Source of the DNA: Escherichia coli | GTDB taxonomy: Bacteria; Pseudomonadota; Gammaproteobacteria; Enterobacterales; Enterobacteriaceae | Direction: 5' to 3' (one strand) | Length of the DNA stretch: 64,000 nt | Assembly: GCF_003991155.1 (NCBI RefSeq) | Contig: NZ_CP031293.1 | In this document: piece by piece, positions 21,040 to 33,439 of the stretch | Position numbering within the stretch: position 1 is the stretch's first letter | How the letters are laid out: the number at the start of each line of letters is the position of its first letter | The notes under the pieces: model-generated | The model's input: the letters and a program-made list of their open reading frames with translations, nothing else | Databases searched by the model: none | Told to the model about the DNA's origin: nothing | Position numbers and translations under genes: made by a program

Positions 21040-24000
21040 AAATTCTCAGCCTGCGCCTGAAAAACCTGAACTCATTAAAAGGCGAATGGAAGATTGATTT
21101 CACCCGCGAGCCGTTCGCCAGCAACGGGCTGTTTGCTATTACCGGCCCAACCGGTGCGGGGAAAACCACCCTGCTGGACGCCATTTGTCTGGCGCTGTAT
21201 CACGAAACCCCGCGCCTCTCTAACGTTTCACAATCGCAAAATGATCTCATGACTCGCGATACCGCCGAATGTCTGGCGGAAGTGGAGTTTGAAGTCAAAG
21301 GTGAAGCGTATCGCGCGTTCTGGAGCCAGAATCGGGCGCGTAACCAGCCGGACGGTAATTTGCAGGTGCCACGCGTAGAGCTGGCGCGCTGCGCAGACGG
21401 CAAAATTCTCGCCGACAAAGTGAAAGATAAGCTGGAACTGACGGCGACGTTAACCGGACTGGATTACGGGCGCTTCACCCGTTCGATGCTGCTTTCGCAG
21501 GGGCAATTTGCTGCCTTCCTGAATGCCAAACCCAAAGAACGCGCGGAATTGCTCGAGGAGTTAACCGGCACTGAAATCTACGGGAAAATCTCTGCGATGG
21601 TTTTTGAGCAGCACAAATCGGCCCGCACAGAGCTGGAGAAGCTGCAAGCGCAGGCCAGCGGCGTCGCGTTGCTCACGCCAGAACAAGTGCAATCGCTGAC
21701 AGCGAGTTTGCAGGTACTTACTGACGAAGAAAAACAGTTACTTACCGCGCAGCAGCAAGAACAACAATCACTAAACTGGTTAACGCGTCTGGACGAATTG
21801 CAGCAAGAAGCCAGCCGCCGTCAACAGGCCTTGCAACAGGCATTAGCCGAAGAAGAAAAAGCGCAACCTCAACTTGCGGCGCTCAGTCTGGCACAACCGG
21901 CACGAAATCTTCGTCCGCACTGGGAACGCATCGCAGAACACAGCACGGCGCTGGCGCATACTCGCCAGCAGATTGAAGAAGTAAATACTCGCTTACAGAG
22001 CACAATGGCGCTTCGTGCGAACATTCGTCACCACGCGGCGAAGCAGTCTGCAGAATTACAGCAGCAGCAACAAAGCCTGAATGCCTGGTTACAGGAACAC
22101 GACCGTTTCCGTCAGTGGAACAACGAACTGGCGGGTTGGCGTGCGCAGTTCTCCCAACAAACCAGCGATCGCGAGCATCTGCGGCAATGGCAGCAACAGT
22201 TAACCCATGCTGAGCAAAAACTTAATGCGCTTGCGGCGATCACGTTGACGTTAACCGCCGATGAAGTTGCTAGCGCCCAGGCGCAACATGCTGATCAACG
22301 CCCACTGCGTCAGCGCCTGGTCGCGCTGCATGGACAGATTGTTCCCCAACAAAAACGTCTGGCGCAGTTACAGGTCGCTATCCAGAATGTCACTCTGGAA
22401 CAGACGCAACGTAACGCCGCACTTAACGAAATGCGCCAGCGTTATAAAGAAAAGATGCAGCAACTTGCCGATGTCAAAACCATTTGCGAGCAGGAAGCAC
22501 GCATCAAAACGCTGGAAGCCCAGCGCGCGCAGTTACAGGCGGGTCAGCCTTGTCCACTTTGTGGTTCCACCAGCCACCCGGCGGTCGAGGCGTATCAGGC
22601 GCTGGAGCCTGGCGTTAATCAGTCTCGATTACTGGCGCTGGAAAACGAAGTTAAAAAGCTCGGTGAAGAAGGTGCGACGCTACGTGGGCAACTGGACGCC
22701 TTAACAAAGCAACTTCAGCGTGATGAAAACGAAGCGCAAAGCCTCCGACAAGATGAGCAAGCACTTACTCAACAATGGCAAGCCGTCATGGCCAGCCTCA
22801 ATATCACCTTGCAGCCACAGGACGATATTCAACCGTGGCTGGATGCACAAGATGAGCACGAACGCCAGCTGCGGTTACTCAGCCAACGGCATGAATTACA
22901 AGGGCAGATTGCCGCGCATAATCAGCAAATTATCCAGTATCAACAGCAAATTGAACAACGCCAGCAGCAGCTCTTAACGGCATTGGCGGGTTATGCACTG
23001 ACATTGCCACAGGAAGATGAAGAAGAGAGCTGGTTGGCGGCGCGTCAGCAAGAAGCGCAGCGCTGGCAGCAACGCCAGAACGAATTAACCGCGCTGCAAA
23101 ACCGTATTCAGCAACTGACGCCGATTCTGGAAACGTTGCCGCAAAGTGATGAACTCCCGCACAGCGAAGAAACTGTGGTGCTGGAAAACTGGCGGCAGGT
23201 TCATGAACAATGTCTCGCATTACACAGCCAGCAGCAGACGTTACAGCAACAGGACATTCTGGCGGCGCAAAGTCTGCAAAAAGCCCAGGCGCAGTTTGAC
23301 ACCGCGCTACAGGCCAGCGTCTTTGACGATCAGCAGGCGTTCCTTGCGGCGCTAATGGATGAACAAACACTAACGCAACTGGAACAGCTCAAGCAGAATC
23401 TGGAAAACCAGCGCCGTCAGGCGCAAACGCTGGTCACTCAGACAGCAGAAGCGCTGGCACAGCATCAGCAACACCGACCTGACGGCCTGGATCTCAGTGT
23501 GACGGTGGAGCAGATTCAGCAAGAGTTAGCGCAAACTCAGCAAAAGTTGCGTGAAAATACCACCAGTCAGGGCGAGATTCGCCAGCAGCTGAAGCAGGAT
23601 GCAGACAACCGTCAGCAACAACAAACCTTAATGCAGCAAATTGCTCAAATGACGCAGCAGGTTGAGGACTGGGGATATCTGAATTCGCTAATAGGTTCCA
23701 AAGAGGGCGATAAATTCCGCAAGTTTGCCCAGGGGCTGACGCTGGATAATTTAGTCCATCTCGCTAATCAGCAACTTACCCGGCTGCACGGGCGCTATCT
23801 GTTACAGCGCAAAGCCAGCGAGGCGCTGGAAGTCGAGGTTGTTGATACCTGGCAGGCAGATGCGGTACGCGATACCCGTACCCTTTCCGGCGGCGAAAGT
23901 TTCCTCGTCAGTCTGGCGCTGGCACTGGCGCTTTCAGATCTGGTCAGCCATAAAACGCGTATTGACTCGCTGTTCCTTGATGAAGGTTTTGGCACACTGG

Positions 24001-24179
24001 ATAGCGAAACGCTGGATACCGCCCTTGATGCGCTGGATGCCCTGAATGCCAGTGGCAAAACCATCGGTGTGATTAGCCACGTTGAAGCGATGAAAGAGCG
24101 TATTCCGGTGCAGATCAAAGTGAAGAAGATCAACGGACTGGGCTACAGCAAACTGGAAAGTGCGTTTGCAGTGAAATAA
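21036..24179 (+). CDS. sbcC: SbcCD nuclease ATPase subunit SbcC
   Basis: 1047 aa, [55 protein letters not shown]...; Walker A, long coiled coil, CPLCGS zinc hook; start overlaps the sbcD stop (ATGA). Confidence 0.95.
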
Positions 24180-24304
24180 CTATTCAGCAGGATAATGAAT
24201 ACAGAGGGGCGAATTATCTCTTGGCCTCGCTGGTCGTTATCCTGCAAGCTATCACTTTATTGGCTACGGTGATTAGTAGCCGTTCTGGTGGTTGTGATGG
24301 TGGT

Positions 24305-25489
24305 ATGAAAAAAGTCATTTTATCTTTGGCTCTGGGCACGTTTGGTTTGGGAATGGCCGAATTTGGCATTATGGGCGTGCTCACGGAGCTGGCGCATAAC
24401 GTAGGAATTTCGATTCCTGCCGCCGGGCATATGATCTCGTATTATGCGCTGGGGGTGGTGGTCGGTGCGCCAATCATCGCACTCTTTTCCAGCCGCTACT
24501 CACTCAAACATATCTTGTTGTTTCTGGTGGCGTTGTGCGTCATTGGTAACGCCATGTTCACGCTCTCTTCGTCTTACCTGATGCTCGCCATTGGTCGGCT
24601 GGTTTCCGGCTTTCCGCATGGTGCATTTTTTGGCGTCGGCGCGATCGTGTTATCAAAAATTATCAAACCCGGCAAAGTCACCGCCGCCGTGGCAGGGATG
24701 GTTTCCGGGATGACAGTCGCCAATTTGCTGGGCATTCCACTGGGAACGTATTTAAGTCAGGAATTTAGCTGGCGCTACACCTTTTTGTTGATCGCTGTTT
24801 TTAATATTGCGGTGATGGCATCGGTCTATTTTTGGGTGCCGGATATTCGCGACGAGGCGAAAGGAAAACTACGCGAACAATTTCACTTTTTACGCAGCCC
24901 TGCCCCGTGGTTAATTTTCGCCGCTACGATGTTTGGCAACGCAGGTGTGTTTGCCTGGTTCAGCTACGTAAAGCCATACATGATGTTTATTTCCGGTTTT
25001 TCGGAAACGGCGATGACCTTTATTATGATGTTAGTGGGGCTAGGGATGGTGCTGGGGAATGTGCTAAGTGGCCGGATTTCAGGACGTTATTCACCACTGC
25101 GCATTGCAGCAGTGACTGACTTTATCATTGTACTGGCACTGCTGATGCTTTTTTTCTGCGGCGGCATGAAAATAACGTCGCTTATTTTTGCTTTTATTTG
25201 TTGCGCGGGATTATTTGCCCTTTCAGCACCTCTGCAAATATTGTTACTGCAAAACGCCAAAGGCGGAGAGTTATTAGGTGCCGCAGGTGGGCAAATAGCG
25301 TTTAACCTCGGTAGCGCCGTCGGCGCATATTGCGGTGGTATGATGCTGACGCTGGGGCTGGCATATAATTACGTGGCGCTGCCTGCCGCCCTGCTTTCGT
25401 TTGCTGCGATGTCGTCGTTGCTGCTGTATGGTCGCTATAAGCGCCAGCAAGCGGCGGATAGTCCGGTGCTGGCGAAACCAGTGGGGTAG
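24305..25489 (+). CDS. araJ: MFS transporter AraJ
   Basis: Track ORF 24221..25489; the recognised start is MKKVILSLALGTFGLGMAEFGIMGVLTELAHNVG (394 aa). Confidence 0.9.
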   Translation: MKKVILSLALGTFGLGMAEFGIMGVLTELAHNVGISIPAAGHMISYYALGVVVGAPIIALFSSRYSLKHILLFLVALCVIGNAMFTLSSSYLMLAIGRLVSGFPHGAFFGVGAIVLSKIIKPGKVTAAVAGMVSGMTVANLLGIPLGTYLSQEFSWRYTFLLIAVFNIAVMASVYFWVPDIRDEAKGKLREQFHFLRSPAPWLIFAATMFGNAGVFAWFSYVKPYMMFISGFSETAMTFIMMLVGLGMVLGNVLSGRISGRYSPLRIAAVTDFIIVLALLMLFFCGGMKITSLIFAFICCAGLFALSAPLQILLLQNAKGGELLGAAGGQIAFNLGSAVGAYCGGMMLTLGLAYNYVALPAALLSFAAMSSLLLYGRYKRQQAADSPVLAKPVG

Positions 25490-25517
25490 ATTGCAGTCAC
25501 GTTGCGCGTTGCTTATT

Positions 25518-25600
25518 GCCGGATGCGGCATGAACGCGTTATCGGCCTGCGGTTCCGGCACATTTTGCAGGCCTGATAAGACGCGGCAAGCATGATGCGC
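25518..25600. repeat. REP/BIME extragenic palindromes between araJ and mak
   Basis: gccggatgcggcatgaacgcgttatcggcctgc... and ...gcaggcctgataagacgcggcaagcatgatgcgcc, typical REP sequences. Confidence 0.7.
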
Positions 25601-25616
25601 CAATTGCCTGGGTTTT

Positions 25617-26525
25617 TTACTCTTGTGGCCATAACCACGCAGCGCCGCGTACGCCGCTGGAATCACCGTGCTTCGCCTTACGCACCGGCGTTTCACATTC
25701 GCCGCCGAAGACAAATTGTTTAATCAACTGCGGAACCGTTTGATATAAACGGTCTACATTGCTCATCCCGCCCCCCAGGACAATCACATCCGGATCGAGA
25801 ATATTCACGACATGTGCCAGCGATTTTGCCAGCCGCAGCTCGTAGCGACGCAATGCCAGTTCCGCTACCGGATCGCTTTCTTCAACCAGGCGGATAATTT
25901 CACTGCCTTTCAGCGCATGTCCGCTCAAACGACGATAATCCGTCGCGAATCCCGTGCCCGAAATAAAGGTTTCAATACAACCTTGTTTACCGCAATAACA
26001 AGGGACTTCCTCGCGATAACGCAGTTCGTCTTCGTCCATCCACGGTAGCGGATTGTGTCCCCACTCACCTGCCGTGCCATTGCCGCCGATATGCGCCCGC
26101 CCATTGAATGCCACGCCCGCGCCGCATCCCGTGCCGATAATCACGGCAAATACCGTCTGCGCTCCCGCTGCCGCGCCATCTACTGCTTCTGAAACCGCCA
26201 GACAGTTGGCGTCATTTGCCAGCCGCACTTCCCGCTGCAACCTCGCGCTTAAGTCTTTATCGAATGGCTGACCGTTGAGCCAGGTTGAATTGGCATTCTT
26301 CACCACGCCGGTGTAAGGCGAAATTGAGCCAGGAATGCCCATACCTACCGTTCCGCGCTGCCCTGTCGCCTGCTCCGCCATATCAACCAACGTGGCGATC
26401 GTTTCAATAGTCTGCCGGTAATCATCACGCGGCGTGGGCAGACGATGGCGGTACAACTGCTCCCCTGCATCGCCCAGTGCAATCACTTCAGTTTTGGTGC
26501 CGCCTAAATCGATACCTATACGCAC
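25617..26525 (-). CDS. mak: Fructo/mannokinase Mak (ROK family)
   Basis: Track ORF 25617..26663; the recognised protein starts at [37 protein letters not shown] (GTG at 26525, 302 aa). Confidence 0.9.
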   Translation of the reverse strand: MRIGIDLGGTKTEVIALGDAGEQLYRHRLPTPRDDYRQTIETIATLVDMAEQATGQRGTVGMGIPGSISPYTGVVKNANSTWLNGQPFDKDLSARLQREVRLANDANCLAVSEAVDGAAAGAQTVFAVIIGTGCGAGVAFNGRAHIGGNGTAGEWGHNPLPWMDEDELRYREEVPCYCGKQGCIETFISGTGFATDYRRLSGHALKGSEIIRLVEESDPVAELALRRYELRLAKSLAHVVNILDPDVIVLGGGMSNVDRLYQTVPQLIKQFVFGGECETPVRKAKHGDSSGVRGAAWLWPQE

Positions 26526-26649
26526 GGTACTCTCCTTATTTTTTTCAATATCAATAGCGTAGAGACGGACAACCGGATTGGCAATGCAAGGCCGCCGACA
26601 ATTCGTTATCATGCCCGCTAAATTTAACGACAAGGCCGTGGAAATTATC

Positions 26650-27561
26650 ATGCTGTGGTTCAAAAATTTAATGGTTTACCGTCTTAGCCGCGAGATTTTG
26701 CTGCGTGCAGAAGAGATGGAAAAACAGCTAGCCTCGATGGCATTTACCCCATGCGGCAGCCAGGACATGGCGAAGATGGGCTGGGTTCCTCCGATGGGAT
26801 CGCACAGCGATGCGTTAACGCACGTTGCCAATGGTCAAATTGTTATCTGCGCGCGCAAAGAAGAAAAAATCCTCCCGTCTCCGGTGATTAAACAGGCGCT
26901 GGAAGCGAAAATCGCCAAACTGGAAGCGGAACAGGCGCGTAAGCTGAAGAAAACCGAAAAAGATTCGCTGAAAGACGAAGTGCTGCACTCTCTGCTACCG
27001 CGTGCTTTCAGCCGTTTTAGCCAGACAATGATGTGGATCGACACGGTTAACGGTTTGATTATGGTGGACTGCGCCAGCGCCAAAAAAGCGGAAGATACGC
27101 TGGCACTGTTGCGTAAAAGCCTGGGGTCGTTACCGGTTGTACCATTGAGCATGGAAAACCCGATTGAACTGACGCTGACCGAATGGGTACGTTCCGGCAG
27201 CACGGCACAGGGTTTCCAGCTGCTTGATGAAGCCGAGCTGAAATCGTTGCTGGAAGATGGCGGCGTGATCCGCGCGAAGAAACAAGATCTGACCAGCGAA
27301 GAGATCACCAACCACATTGAAGCCGGAAAAGTGGTGACTAAACTGGCGCTTGACTGGCAGCAGCGCATTCAGTTTGTGATGTGCGACGATGGTTCGCTCA
27401 AGCGTCTGAAGTTTTGCGACGAGCTGCGCGATCAAAACGAAGATATCGACCGTGAAGATTTCGCCCAGCGCTTTGATGCCGATTTCATCCTGATGACTGG
27501 TGAACTGGCAGCGTTAATTCAAAACCTGATTGAAGGATTAGGTGGCGAAGCACAACGTTAA
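26650..27561 (+). CDS. rdgC: Recombination-associated protein RdgC
   Basis: Track ORF 26578..27561; the recognised start is [36 protein letters not shown] (303 aa). Confidence 0.93.
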   Translation: MLWFKNLMVYRLSREILLRAEEMEKQLASMAFTPCGSQDMAKMGWVPPMGSHSDALTHVANGQIVICARKEEKILPSPVIKQALEAKIAKLEAEQARKLKKTEKDSLKDEVLHSLLPRAFSRFSQTMMWIDTVNGLIMVDCASAKKAEDTLALLRKSLGSLPVVPLSMENPIELTLTEWVRSGSTAQGFQLLDEAELKSLLEDGGVIRAKKQDLTSEEITNHIEAGKVVTKLALDWQQRIQFVMCDDGSLKRLKFCDELRDQNEDIDREDFAQRFDADFILMTGELAALIQNLIEGLGGEAQR

Positions 27562-27580
27562 TTGCTGATTTGCCTTTAAT

Positions 27581-27617
27581 GCCGGATGCGACGCCTGCGG
27601 CGTCTTATCCGGCGTAC
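27581..27617. repeat. REP element downstream of rdgC
   Basis: gccggatgcgacgcctgcggcgtcttatccggcgtac. Confidence 0.7.
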
Positions 27618-27638
27618 GAATCCACACCAGGCATATAA

Positions 27639-28094
27639 TCATTCGCTACGGCGGGCAATAATTTTTAGCGCAGCAATATTATGCGTCTTACGCCGTAACT
27701 GATCTAATCGTCTCATCCCTATTCGCCTGTCAGCAGCACGCAGAATATTCACTAACCCCCATTTATCGCTGGTAAATTGTTTTGTTAACAGCTCCGCTTT
27801 TGGGGTATCAATATATTCACGCAATAAATCTGAAATTGAACAAATATCCGTCAGGTATGGATACCAGCAAGTTTCACCGTGAAAATTACGCACTCCACCG
27901 TTACCTGCAATAAAGTCTTTCGGGTAATCCCAGACCACGTTTTTATCCAACGTGATCCAATAACGAGGTAAATCGGTGCTTCCACCATTTTGGCTGCGCA
28001 TGGGATAACGGGTACAGTGAATTTGCAGGTTGATCGTTGGCGTCAGTATGTCATAGATCTCCCGTTGTAACTTGCTCCATGGGCGTTGTGTCAT
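27639..28094 (-). CDS. Conserved hypothetical protein, 151 aa (likely the ykiA-locus gene)
   Basis: ATG at 28094 with a GAGGA ribosome-binding site (gaggaaaaacaATG); MTQRPWSKLQREIYDILTPTINLQIHCTRYPMRSQNGG...; sits where I recall ykiA between rdgC and ppnP; function unknown. Confidence 0.55.
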   Translation of the reverse strand: MTQRPWSKLQREIYDILTPTINLQIHCTRYPMRSQNGGSTDLPRYWITLDKNVVWDYPKDFIAGNGGVRNFHGETCWYPYLTDICSISDLLREYIDTPKAELLTKQFTSDKWGLVNILRAADRRIGMRRLDQLRRKTHNIAALKIIARRSE

Positions 28095-28579
28095 TGTTTT
28101 TCCTCAAGCCGGTGACGCGCTTCACTGCGAATTTTCCGCGTTGCCCCGGTTTTCACTAAATCACGTAACAGCGAAAGATCGGGTTGATCGACAAATAAGA
28201 GTAATGATGGATCCTCTTTTAATCACATCGTTTTCACATCGGCAGCCAACTGTGGATTATTAATAACCAACGCCCGATCCTGAGGCTCAGTCAATGTCGT
28301 TAACAAAGACGCCGGGGTATGTGCGTTGCGCAATGCCGTTTGGCGCAAATGATCATTGCGACTTTGCAGCAATGCACGCCACCATTCATCATCTGATTTA
28401 TCTTTTATCGTCGCCAGTTCCGCAACAATATCTGGAGATCTTCGCTGATATTTATATCAACCTTGATGAATTATGAATATATCGGAAATCGAAAAAATCC
28501 TAGCAAAGGAAATATTATTATGGGTTAAAGAGAGGACATTTCAGAAAAATGCCCTCCCGTTCAAGGGGAAGGCGAGAAA

Positions 28580-28864
28580 TTACAGATAGCGGCACAGATA
28601 AGAGGTGGGTTCGGCAACTTGCAGATGAAACTCGCTGTGACCGGGAACATTAAACACCGAACCGGCTTCATACACTTGCCAGTCGGTCGCGTCAGGCAGT
28701 AACACATTCAGCGCGCCACTGATTACCGTCATCTCTTCAGGCTCAGCGGTGCTGAAGGTGTATTCGCCTTCAACCATAACACCCACGCTGGCGCGACCAG
28801 TGCTGCTGCTGGAAAAGCCGATCGATTTCACTTTGCCGGAAAAGTACTCATTACTTTGAAGCAT
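28580..28864 (-). CDS. ppnP: Pyrimidine/purine nucleoside phosphorylase PpnP (YaiE)
   Basis: 94 aa, [68 protein letters not shown]... Confidence 0.93.
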
Positions 28865-28935
28865 AAACTGGCCCTGTCTGGTAGTTGAACATCTACTTCA
28901 CTATAGGGGCCAGAGGCGCTGGCTGTCACGCAAAA

Positions 28936-29613
28936 TTACACCAGTAATTCCGCAGCCAGCCGTGCAATCAATACGTTAGAGAGCAAGACAGGAACATCGA
29001 GCTGTTTTTGCAGTAAATCGCGATGACGCTGGTTAAATCCCAAACAATCCAGCATGATGACATCTGCACCTTTTGCCAGTAATTCTTTCCCGGCATCAAT
29101 GATTTTTTGTTCCGAATCATGAATGGGGTTACCCAATGAAAATACTGGCGGTTTCTGCAAAATTTGCCATTTTTGCGCCTGAACGGTCAGCAACTCCTCA
29201 ACCGGTACGATAACCCCCACCTGATGATCTTCAACAATAGAGGAAACCAGCGGAGGCAATATTCGCGACGGCTCAAGAAAGATCGTATTACGCGCAGTCA
29301 TACTACTAATGTTTGCTGTACTCATTAATAAAATGACGTCATAACCCTGATTATCGAGCACTTCAACCACACCTTGCAGGTCTCGTTCCACTTTGCGACG
29401 CGAAACATGGGCCAGCTGGTTGTCATTTAATAATGTGAGAATTGTGTCTTCACCTGCTTCTGGCGCGTACTCCGCCATCACTTCTTCGCGGCTTAACTTC
29501 CCCAGCAGGCTATGATGGGAAATATTATCTTCGTCAATGTATTCTGTCAGGAGCGGCAAAACTTCCTGCATAGGTACAATGCCGATGGTCAGGATCGCCA
29601 ACGACGCACTCAT
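28936..29613 (-). CDS. aroM: Protein AroM
   Basis: 225 aa, [51 protein letters not shown]... Confidence 0.9.
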   Translation of the reverse strand: MSASLAILTIGIVPMQEVLPLLTEYIDEDNISHHSLLGKLSREEVMAEYAPEAGEDTILTLLNDNQLAHVSRRKVERDLQGVVEVLDNQGYDVILLMSTANISSMTARNTIFLEPSRILPPLVSSIVEDHQVGVIVPVEELLTVQAQKWQILQKPPVFSLGNPIHDSEQKIIDAGKELLAKGADVIMLDCLGFNQRHRDLLQKQLDVPVLLSNVLIARLAAELLV

Positions 29614-29870
29614 TGTTCTTCCACCTTACTTTTATTTCGTCGTTAATTACCGGGCAAGCGCTAAGCACCACTGCTGACACTTACCTGTGCTACAAATGAC
29701 AAAAAGCGTAGCAGCAGACCTGCACGGCATAATGTAAAGATTCCAAATGATTCCAGTAATGGATTGTTATTGTTTAATATTCTAATTATTTGAAAAACAT
29801 GAATTGTGAAAAATGTGACGCAGATCCCTTGTGGTGGCACTCAGAATCCCTTCCGAGCAGTCTGATGCGG

Positions 29871-30071
<201 letters not shown>

Positions 30072-30111
30072 TTATTTCACGGGATGAACGTTAAGTATAG
30101 GCGCTCGAAAA

Positions 30112-30636
30112 TCAACAATTGATCGTCTGTGCCAGGGCACTGCGAATTTCAGAAATCACCTGGCTGGGTTCGTTTGTTGCGTCGATAATAATATGCGCAA
30201 CTTCGCGATATAGCACATCGCGTTCTTCCAGCACTTCCTGAACTTCTTCGCTCAGCGGTTTTCCCGTTAAGGTTGGCCGTAAATCTTCTTCCGGTGCAGC
30301 TTGCAGTCGGTTAACCAGGACTGATACTGGCGCACACAAATAAACCACGATCCCGTTATTTTGCATGAAGTGACGATTAAATTCCGTCAGAATAATGCCG
30401 CCGCCTGTAGCGATAACGGTGGATGGCGCAGTTACCGCTTCCAGCGCCGCCGTTTCTCTGGCACGGAATCCCGCCCACTCTTCCCTTTCGACGATCTCCG
30501 CGACCGTCATATTGAGCTGTGATTGCAACCACTGATCGGTATCAACAAACCGACGGTTAAGCGAATCGGCAAGGGCCATTCCGACCGTTGTTTTACCACA
30601 GCCCCGAGGCCCGATCAGAAAAAGAGGTTGTGTCAT
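30112..30636 (-). CDS. aroL: Shikimate kinase II
   Basis: 174 aa, [40 protein letters not shown]...; Walker A motif. Confidence 0.95.
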   Translation of the reverse strand: MTQPLFLIGPRGCGKTTVGMALADSLNRRFVDTDQWLQSQLNMTVAEIVEREEWAGFRARETAALEAVTAPSTVIATGGGIILTEFNRHFMQNNGIVVYLCAPVSVLVNRLQAAPEEDLRPTLTGKPLSEEVQEVLEERDVLYREVAHIIIDATNEPSQVISEIRSALAQTINC

Positions 30637-30818
30637 CGTGGGTTTTCCCCAATAGGTCGCAATGCGGCGAAAGCCGGTGTCATGAGAATAGCGATCATAC
30701 CATCAAACTAGTACAATTTCGATTGTAAAGAAAAAATTCCACTTAAGGTGGAAATCTCAATACATCCCTTACTATACCAATAAATATTCAAGAATGAAGT
30801 GTAAATAATAAATTACAT

Positions 30819-31277
30819 TTAGCCACGACTACGTTGCACTTCCAGCCACCACTTCTCCAGCTCCGCGGCAAAGGCCTGGCGGTCACGTTGTGAAAGGCTA
30901 TCTGGTCCCCCGGTCTGGATCCCACTGGCACGTAAGGTATCCATAAAATCGCGCATCGTCAGGCGCTCACGAATGGTCGCTGGCGTATAACGTTCGCCGC
31001 GAGGATTAAGCGCCGCCGCGCCTTTCTCGATGGCTTCAGCAGCCAAAGGTATATCTGCGGTGATCACCAAATCGCCCGCTTCACACTGCCGGACAATTTC
31101 GTTATCGGCAACGTCGAAACCTGCCGCGACGCGCAGCGTACGAATAAATCGCGATGGCGGCACGCGTAAACTCTGGTTTGCTACCAGTACCAGCGGCATC
31201 TGCATACGTTCCGCCGCGCGATACAAAATCTCTTTAATTACATTGGGACACGCGTCGGCATCCACCCAAATTGTCAT
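30819..31277 (-). CDS. yaiI: UPF0178 protein YaiI
   Basis: Track ORF 30819..31397; the recognised start is [42 protein letters not shown]... (152 aa; start placed by track arithmetic). Confidence 0.88.
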   Translation of the reverse strand: MTIWVDADACPNVIKEILYRAAERMQMPLVLVANQSLRVPPSRFIRTLRVAAGFDVADNEIVRQCEAGDLVITADIPLAAEAIEKGAAALNPRGERYTPATIRERLTMRDFMDTLRASGIQTGGPDSLSQRDRQAFAAELEKWWLEVQRSRG

Positions 31278-31396
31278 AAAGTCATCCTTTGTTGGGTAAT
31301 CCTCTATTGTGTCGCGCTTTTGCCTTCCGGCATAGTTCTGTTTATGCTTCTGCCAGCGATTATCAAAACAATGAATTTCACGGCAGGAGTGAGGCA

Positions 31397-32206
31397 ATGG
31401 AAAAGAAAATCGGTTTTATTGGCTGCGGCAATATGGGAAAAGCCATTCTCGGCGGTCTGATTGCCAGCGGTCAGGTGCTTCCAGGGCAAATCTGGGTATA
31501 TACCCCCTCCCCGGATAAAGTCGCCGCCCTGCATGACCAGTTCGGCATCAACGCCGCAGAATCGGCGCAAGAAGTAGCGCAAATCGCCGACATCATTTTT
31601 GCCGCCGTTAAACCTGGCATCATGATTAAAGTGCTTAGCGAAATCACCTCCAGCCTGAATAAAGACTCTCTGGTCGTTTCTATTGCTGCAGGTATCACAC
31701 TCGACCAGCTTGCCCGCGCGCTGGGCCATGACCGGAAAATTATCCGCGCCATGCCGAACACTCCCGCGCTGGTTAATGCCGGGATGACCTCCGTAACGCC
31801 AAACGCGCTGGTAACCCCAGAAGATACCGCTGATGTGCTGAATATTTTCCGCTGCTTTGGCGAAGCGGAAGTAATTGCCGAGCCGATGATCCACCCGGTG
31901 GTCGGTGTGAGCGGTTCTTCGCCAGCCTACGTCTTTATGTTTATCGAAGCGATGGCCGACGCCGCCGTGCTGGGCGGGATGCCACGCGCCCAGGCGTATA
32001 AATTTGCCGCTCAGGCGGTAATGGGTTCCGCAAAAATGGTGCTGGAAACGGGAGAACATCCAGGGGCACTGAAAGATATGGTCTGCTCACCGGGAGGCAC
32101 CACCATTGAGGCGGTACGCGTACTGGAAGAGAAAGGCTTCCGTGCCGCAGTGATCGAAGCGATGACGAAGTGTATGGAAAAATCAGAAAAACTCAGTAAA
32201 TCCTGA
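31397..32206 (+). CDS. proC: Pyrroline-5-carboxylate reductase
   Basis: Track ORF 31289..32206; ATG at 31397 gives [41 protein letters not shown]... (269 aa). Confidence 0.95.
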   Translation: MEKKIGFIGCGNMGKAILGGLIASGQVLPGQIWVYTPSPDKVAALHDQFGINAAESAQEVAQIADIIFAAVKPGIMIKVLSEITSSLNKDSLVVSIAAGITLDQLARALGHDRKIIRAMPNTPALVNAGMTSVTPNALVTPEDTADVLNIFRCFGEAEVIAEPMIHPVVGVSGSSPAYVFMFIEAMADAAVLGGMPRAQAYKFAAQAVMGSAKMVLETGEHPGALKDMVCSPGGTTIEAVRVLEEKGFRAAVIEAMTKCMEKSEKLSKS

Positions 32207-32222
32207 TGACTTTTGCCGGACG

Positions 32223-33338
32223 TCAGGCCGCCACTTCGGTGCGGTTACGTCCGGCTTTCTTTGCTTTGTAAAGCGCCAAATCTGCCGATTTCAACCACTC
32301 ACGATAGTGACTCATTTGTGGGTTCAGCGGCGCAACCCCAACACTAATCCGTAAAGTTACCTGTGGCGTATTCGGCAGACGTAATGTATTTAGCCCTTCA
32401 TGCACTCGTAACATGGCGGTAATGGCGCTCTCAGCTGGCGTACCGGACATGATTACCGCAAACTCATCGCCGCCAAACCGACCAATCACATCGCTACCGC
32501 GCAGGGTTATTTGTAACTGTCGGGTAAGCGCCACAATCGCTTCATCGCCCACATCATGGCCCCAGGTATCGTTGATGCTCTTGAAATGGTCGATATCGAT
32601 AATCAGTAATGTCGCATCGCGGTTATGCCGCCGACAGTTATCAAATTCATTGCGTAACATAGTTTCCCAATGACGTCGGTTATACACGCCCGTCATACCG
32701 TCGCGGGTACTCATGACCTGCAACCTGCGTTTATGTTCCGCCAGTTTAGTCGCCGTCTGGTAGCTGACCCAGCCAAACAGCAGAGGATAAATGACGATAA
32801 TGGGAAGGGAGAGCCACCATTCCAGCGGCGCACTATTGAACGACACGGTGATGCCCGTCAGTTCGAGGGTGACAAGGCAGGAAACCACCATCAACAATAG
32901 ACCCGCGACAAACAGACGGGGGCCGCCTGCCCCCATCAAATTCAGACACATAATCATCAACATCGCGGTGGAAGGCAGCACGTTTACGCCCATTACGCCT
33001 ACCCACATTCCCGCTAATACTGCATCGGTTTTTAAGTTGTAAATTTCCCGGCTAAGCGGATCGACGGCCCTGCTCGCTATCTGCCAGGCTAAATGCGGCC
33101 AGACGAACGCCCAGCCGACCAACACCAGCCACCACCAGCCCGGCGGCGGGTGCGAAACCAGCGTTGAAGCAATCGGTAAGAACATGCCAGCCAGGCCAAC
33201 CGCGCGGGGTAGTCTGACGCGACGGGCGAAGCGCAGCCCGGATCGCTGATGTTCGTTTTGAGGAGTTAAAGGAGGTTCCTCCCCATGCGCCGCCGCTTTT
33301 TTGAAAAAGTTTTCATCATTCATTATTTTTGGGAACAT
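32223..33338 (-). CDS. dgcC: Diguanylate cyclase DgcC (AdrA/YaiC), MASE2-GGDEF
   Basis: 371 aa, MFPKIMNDENFFKKAAAHGEEPPLTPQNEHQRSGLRFARR...; GGDEF motif (RFGGDEF). Confidence 0.93.
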   Translation of the reverse strand: MFPKIMNDENFFKKAAAHGEEPPLTPQNEHQRSGLRFARRVRLPRAVGLAGMFLPIASTLVSHPPPGWWWLVLVGWAFVWPHLAWQIASRAVDPLSREIYNLKTDAVLAGMWVGVMGVNVLPSTAMLMIMCLNLMGAGGPRLFVAGLLLMVVSCLVTLELTGITVSFNSAPLEWWLSLPIIVIYPLLFGWVSYQTATKLAEHKRRLQVMSTRDGMTGVYNRRHWETMLRNEFDNCRRHNRDATLLIIDIDHFKSINDTWGHDVGDEAIVALTRQLQITLRGSDVIGRFGGDEFAVIMSGTPAESAITAMLRVHEGLNTLRLPNTPQVTLRISVGVAPLNPQMSHYREWLKSADLALYKAKKAGRNRTEVAA

Positions 33339-33439
33339 TCAGAAACAATTTTCCCAAATTATAGAGACGGGGCTAAAGGCAGAAGTATGAAATTTCGGGT
33401 GAGCCATTTTCGTAGCTCACCCGTTAGCACTATCAGGTA

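Noticed and set aside
28072-28476. Two small plus-strand ORFs (63 and 60 aa) between the 151-aa ORF and ppnP
   Set aside because: They are on the opposite strand to all neighbouring genes and have no start context; the minus-strand start-less frame in the same DNA is reported as a finding instead.
30819-31397. N-terminal extensions in the ORF track (for example yaiI 192 aa, sbcD 414 aa, araJ 422 aa, rdgC 327 aa, mak 348 aa, secF 338 aa, yajC 120 aa, hemB 335 aa, tauA 339 aa, mhpT 426 aa)
   Set aside because: The track reports the longest frame from the first ATG/GTG/TTG; the recognised protein N-termini start at internal codons, so the shorter coordinates are reported.
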